DNA of 64,000 nt from Dimorphilus gyrociliatus (taxonomy: Eukaryota; Animalia; Annelida): NCBI GenBank assembly GCA_904063045.1, contig CAJFCJ010000007.1, forward strand, positions 4,037,404-4,101,403, in the 5' to 3' direction. Both the position numbers and the translations under genes were made by a program. Position 1 is the stretch's first letter; every line of letters begins with the position of its first letter. Of the stretch, positions 58,515 to 64,000 are shown one piece after another. The notes below the pieces were generated by a model. The model had not been told where the DNA came from, searched no databases, and saw nothing but the letters and a program-made list of their open reading frames with translations.

Positions 58515-60194
58515 TTAAAAGTAATATTTTTTAATAAGTTCAAGTGTCAGACATATACTTGAAAGAAGGATTCCTCCATATAAGAGGTAGAGAATAGATG
58601 AAAAATTCGACAGCTTCACTGAAGAGCTCATAAATGTTGTTTTGAATGTTGGGCATTGTTCTTTTTTTATATATTTCCTTTGTAGCCGTGCTATAATCCC
58701 GCTTTCAACAATTTTATCAATGCCTTTATCCAAAAGAGCTTTATAAGGAGATTGTTTACGTATCATTAGAGCAAAAGGTACTGGCATAAACCCCTCTCTA
58801 CCATGTTGCAAATTACAGAATTTCCTTCGTGCAGCATGCCGTGAACCTTCTTCCAAGATCATTACATTTGTTTCACCACCACTGCTTATTCTTTCCAGAC
58901 CCTCGTTGAATGTATTATAAAAAGCGTCTTCCCCTAACTTATTAACTTTAGCTCGAAGTTTCGCTAACGATGATAAATTAGATGACATAATAAGATTATA
59001 TACTGAAGTTGATTTTCGAAGAAGAGGATAATATGTATCGCTATTAGCCAGTTCATCGATGTTATTAATAGGAACTATGGACTTTTTTATAGTTAAAAAT
59101 GCAATTAAATTAGCCGAGTAGAGCGTATAGATGATTATTACGAATATCCACCAAAGAGATAGGAATATTTTTCCAGCATTATTTGTGTCCAGTTCATTTC
59201 CTTTTCATTTTAATTATATACATATAAATATATATGCAGCATATACAGTATATTAAGGAATAATATATCTGGGAGAGGGAGAAAAACTACGTTCAACAAA
59301 CCTTGATTAAAATATGATCCGAAAATATACCAAATTGATTTGTCAGGATCATGAAATCTTATTAAGCAGAAGACAATCGCCATTAGAATTAAACTTGATA
59401 ACAGACAAAGCCAGACTTCAGTTTTGAAAGGTCTGTGATAGATAGGATCATATATTTATTAAAACTGATATGGTTAAAAGTTTCATTTTCGAAAATTACT
59501 TGAGAAATAAAAATTCATAAGATGGACTCAAGACAGATGAGAAAATAACATGAGGCTCATACATAAATGGCGAAGTGAAGTCTACTGCTTGTCGTCTTTC
59601 TGATGTAACAGTTATTTTACTTGCAGCAAGATCACATTGCTATCAATTAAAAATAATAGCAAATTTATAAAATGTCAAGTGAGTTGAATAATGACAGAAA
59701 TATAAAATTGATTGCGAAAATTTGACTTACATTTTCCAAAAGCATCTTAACAAATCCTGTCCAACTACCATTTTCACGTCCTCCCCAAAATCCATCAACT
59801 GAATCAATTATTGAATATCTGAAATATTTAACGTGTATTTTTTTATCTATAGGAATACTTTGATTATTTAAAAAGAAACCTAAAATTTAACATTTCAGAT
59901 AAAATGTCAAGCAGTTCGATAACCAATCCACTCCATGTTACTCTTCCATTTTCATCAACTGATTTTTCCGTAAAATCGGTAAGCTAAAAATTACCAAATC
60001 TTGAGAACAAATACTGTAATTGCAAATTGAAAAATAGAAACTAACGTGTATCGATGCTATAATAAGATGAGAGTTATTCATTTTCAGCTTGAGAAGTTAA
60101 AGGAATCTTTAAGATAAATATTATATATCTAGTTTAAACCATTTGCAATCATTACACAGTGAGGATAGAGAGCGATGAATAAATATTCCGGCAT
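58515..60194 (-). CDS. Variant ionotropic receptor (IR / iGluR-like) lacking the amino-terminal domain
   Basis: Spliced exons give WSGLVIELLDILSEMLNFR|Y, DGFWGGRENGSWTG, CDLAASKITVTSERRQAVDFTSPF (S1), PFKTEVW (M1), WYIFGSYFNQG (M2), WWIF...YSANLIAFLT (M3), PFALMIRKQSPY...KIVESGII (S2) and M4. The start exon (60194) is tentative; an alternative ATG lies near 60081. Confidence 0.82.
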
Positions 60195-60316
60195 TATATA
60201 TAAAGAAGTAAATTATTCATATCGGGGAATGTGAAAATGTTTATTGAATTGATTTAACTAATGCAATTTGCGACTTATTATGTTTTGTTAAAGCGCTTGG
60301 AAAATTATGAATTATG

Positions 60317-63300
60317 CTATGCGTTAGCTTCGTTCCAAAATGCATAAGTGACTTCTTCCATTTGAGGAAACATTATGTCCTAATTGAAAAAAGAATATGA
60401 TTAGTAATTTTCTGTAGGCAGTATATTTGTTAATTTACCGCTTTCTTCAAGTTTGGAGAAGGACCGGTAACGTGTACCCATTCACGTAATTCAGCCATTC
60501 CAATACTTTTATTGTGAGCTGTCTTTTTCTATTATCAAAATAATAATGTAGGAATTAAGCTCCAATGTTTTTTAATATTTTTAAATAGATACCTTCATTG
60601 GGGGTTCACCCAAATCACAGGTACAGTTTAGCTGTTCATGTGTCAAACATAGTGTGTCGTAATTAAAAGAAAATAAGTCTTTCAGTTCCTCATTACTAAA
60701 ATGACATTTAGATTTTCTTTTAGCATCAACAACGGCTCCACTCAATATTTGTTTCGAAGCTTGTCTTTGAAACATCTTCTCTTCAATTGTTCCCTATTAA
60801 AAATGTTTTTAACACAAATGCAAACTTTTAAATATAGCATAAAAAAAGTATTGCATATTACTAACAGTTGTTAGAAATCTATAAATTTTAACTCTATTCT
60901 TTTGACCATCTCGCCAAATTCTTGCCATGGCTTGGGCATCGTGAGCTGGATTCCAGTCAACATCATATAAGATCAAACGAGAGGCTCCTACAAGATTAAA
61001 GCCAACACCACCAGCTTTGCAACTTAATAATAATATATCTAAAGTGAAATTAATAATAGAGAACAAACATTGATATGTAATGAAAAACTAACAATAGTTG
61101 CAGTATGAAGAATTGAAATCGTCAACAATTTTCTGTCGTTTATTAGTTCCTGTGGTGCCATCTAAACGGCAAAATTTGTAACTTTGCTCTTCGCACAATT
61201 TTTGGAGAACGTTCAAGGTCTAAAGTTTAAAGTAATAAACAAAAATATTATTTTATACCAAGAATATCCTATGGTCGTACAGCCTATATACAGTATTGTA
61301 TAAAGTTAAGATTAAAGACATACACGATTAAGGAAACGAAGTGTTTTATTAGAAAAAATGAACAGATAATATGATGAGCTCACAATAGAATTATTCAATG
61401 AAAAGAGATTCGAATCAAGAGCTGCAGGGTTACTTTTTTTTATTTGAATAATTTCCTAGAAATTTTTGTTGCTTTTGTTTTCAACCGTATCCTATTCAAG
61501 GACTTCTTACAAGCTCTGGTTTTTGTCGTTGATGATAGGGTTATATTCGACACTGGTTGCCAAACGCTTAAATTGCTCATAACATACAAACATAACAATA
61601 TTCCAAGAACCCAGTCTCATGAAAGCCGGTCCAAATCCTTTGTAAAATGAGGATACACCACCTTCTTTATATATTTTTACAGCGCAATTGATTGCTCCAC
61701 TATAAACATTTGGTGGTGAATTCATAAATCTGGTTTTAACTACATCAATAGGCGATGCAATACAAGTTGTTACGAAACCAGCTGAGAAAGCCGAAACAAA
61801 ATGGCAGGGCATGCTATCTTTCATAAGATTCGTCATTAAAATTTTTTCCTTTATTAAATCATAGCTAACCAATTCGGCGGCATTGGTTACTGAATTTCTT
61901 GTTACGTTTGGTATGATACCTTTCCACAACCCACGAACACCTTCTGTTGTTGCTATTTTGCGATACGCGGCAAAGGTTCCAGAATATATTTTTTTCTTTT
62001 GTGCTTGCATTCGAACTTTAACAACATCAGTGGGTTGGGCTACTGATACTGCTAAACCACCAGTAGTAATGCCAGCCAATATTCTTAAGCCAACGTTTTG
62101 ACTGCTGATATAATCCCCTTTTGTCAAAATATCGATGTAGAATGATTTTACAGAATCGTAAAGGCCTATACGGATGGAAGCAAAAGCCATTTGTCTATGT
62201 AGACCAGGAACTAAACCTTTATAAAGGGCCCTAACGCCTTCTTCTTTACTCATTGTTAGCATAGTTCCAAAAAGTCCTCTGTACTTCAATTGATTTTTTA
62301 ACAGTGTAGCGCCTTCTCCTTGAATCTTTAATAATAAATTGAAAAATTATTAGTCACAACGGATTTCTTAGTAATGCTACTGACTTACTTGTAATCTAAC
62401 TTTTGCAGTATCCAGAGGAATAGTAGTTGCTTCGGCAACACATGCTGCAGCACCTGCACAAAAGAATTTTGTTGGAATTGGAGTTGTGGTATCTACTTTT
62501 GGTCCCATTGTGCGACTATTTTAAGGGGATTAAAGATGGAAAAGAAAGTGTTGGCGAGAGATGTTCTCTTTGGAAGCTGCGGCTTATAAGCATCAGCTAC
62601 TCGTTTTTATAGTAAAAAACTATGATCTGACTGGTTAAAAGTCGTACGATAATCTATTTCAAGGCTGAACGAAGTCTGTTAAATGTACGATCTAATCTAG
62701 TACATTTTAATAGTTATAACTGATTACGCAGAAGTGCCAAATGACGAAATAAGCGTGGATGTTATACTCAAATGAATACGCTAATAGGTTTAATTTCAGT
62801 ATCGTTCAAGGAAAGATATATATATTTATATATTTAGATAAAAATAGATTACTCACCTTGGTAACATTTGGAAAAAAAAATTAAATACGACTCTTCTTAG
62901 TGTCTTAAAAATAGCGCTCGAACACTCGTGGGCGGCACGAGTTGATAACGTAATATTGCATATAGGCTTTACAAAATAAAGGAGTAAAATATCCCTTTGA
63001 ATTCCTTACAAAGCCATTAATTAATTTAGAGAGTAAACACGACAAATTCTAGCTGTATGAATTCTTAAAGAGGTATAAAATATAACAAATATGCTATGAC
63101 TAAAGCCTACAATAACTTAATTTACAAGGAGAGTTTACACTAACCTGAGTATAATTAGAGACGAGAACTATTTTTTCCTTGCCTTTGGATTCTTCATACA
63201 CGTTAGCTAATAATTGACTTAAAACTTTCAACTTTCCGCTATATTCTGGATTGGATTTTGACAGATCAATGTCCTTCGGGAAGGCGCTCTGTAAAACTTT

Positions 63301-64000
63301 CTGAGCATTGACAATCTATGAAAAGATTTAGATTAGATTTCTCGGAAATTAGTGAAATAAAATATTAACAAGACTTTTATCTCCTTCTTCGAGCTCATTT
63401 TCATCGTCTATAATATCGTCCCGATACAGTAAACTGGGGTGATTACACAATTTTTTCAGCGCGGAAATAAGCATAAGATGTTGGGCTGAATCAGAAGTAT
63501 GTATACATTCATTTACTACACCGGATGATAATAGTTTTTCATAAAGTTTCATTTGTAGTTCTACTGGTCTGCAAAATATAACGATCTCCACTTTTGGTGG
63601 GAGATATTGCCGGTTCACTTCTGAAGTACGTCTCAGAAGAAATAGTGACGTTATACGGCCCAACTCAATCGCTCTTTTCTCTCCCAGAGCTCTTTGCTCC
63701 TTATCAGCACTGGGCATTCTTGATTTAACGATCGGTTCTTCATACAATCTTCGAAATGATGCACTATTACCTAAAAAAACAATCTAGTCTATTATCAGTT
63801 GTAGATAAAGGTTCTAAGAGTTATATTACCCAATAATCCAGGGTTGCAAAAATCGGCTATTGAAAAAAGTTCCTGTAAGTCATTCTGAACTGGTGTTCCA
63901 GACAAAACAATTCTTCTTGTACATGGAATGCTGGATATACACTGGAAATTTTTATATCAGGAAATTATATGATTGATCTTTTTGAAAAACTACGAACACT
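60317..64000 (-). CDS. RAD54B: DNA repair and recombination protein RAD54B (5' part outside the window)
   Basis: [25 protein letters not shown]...LGEKRA.EL...LLRRT...[30 protein letters not shown]|[48 protein letters not shown] and [11 protein letters not shown]. Confidence 0.9.
61507..62508 (-). CDS. UCP2: Mitochondrial uncoupling protein UCP2/3-like carrier, nested in the 61220-63144 intron of RAD54B (2 coding exons)
   Basis: AGAAACVAE...[10 protein letters not shown]|[60 protein letters not shown] and [17 protein letters not shown]. Probably a co-orthologue of vertebrate UCP1-3. Confidence 0.93.

Noticed and set aside
1-64000. CRISPR arrays, rRNA, transposases, selenoprotein read-through
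   Set aside because: No regularly spaced repeats, rRNA sequence, RT/transposase motifs or conserved in-frame TGA codons were seen.

Overview
64 kb of AT-rich, very compact animal genomic DNA with short GT-AG introns (mostly about 50-70 nt) and small intergenic gaps. There are about 25 protein-coding genes on both strands: AGXT2-like (last exon only), a secreted 3xLDLa protein, PIGU, an uncharacterised membrane protein, NUDT16, KLHDC3, UTP23, PEPD, a shortened INTU, DHRSX-like, USP8, a C12orf56 orthologue, MAP3K4, a 61-aa membrane microprotein directly before an ankyrin/SOCS-box gene, RPL23A, an EGF+TSP1 receptor-like protein, RBM19, a proneuropeptide-like precursor, a GT32 glycosyltransferase, a stand-alone HDAC6-type ZnF-UBP, an XK-related protein, a 26/29-kDa-type cathepsin, an ionotropic receptor lacking the ATD, RAD54B (5' truncated) and a UCP2/3-like carrier nested in a RAD54B intron. 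An H/ACA snoRNA resembling SNORA70/U70 lies in an RBM19 intron. Gene content suggests a protostome; a miniature lophotrochozoan genome such as the annelid Dimorphilus is my inference only. I saw no tRNA, rRNA, CRISPR array or recognisable transposase. All gene models were spliced by eye and all homology calls come from remembered sequences, not database searches. Strongest leads: the probable bicistronic microprotein-ASB unit, the free-standing HDAC6 ubiquitin-binding domain, the same-strand nested UCP gene, and the cyclic cationic peptide precursor with a CRE-TATA promoter.
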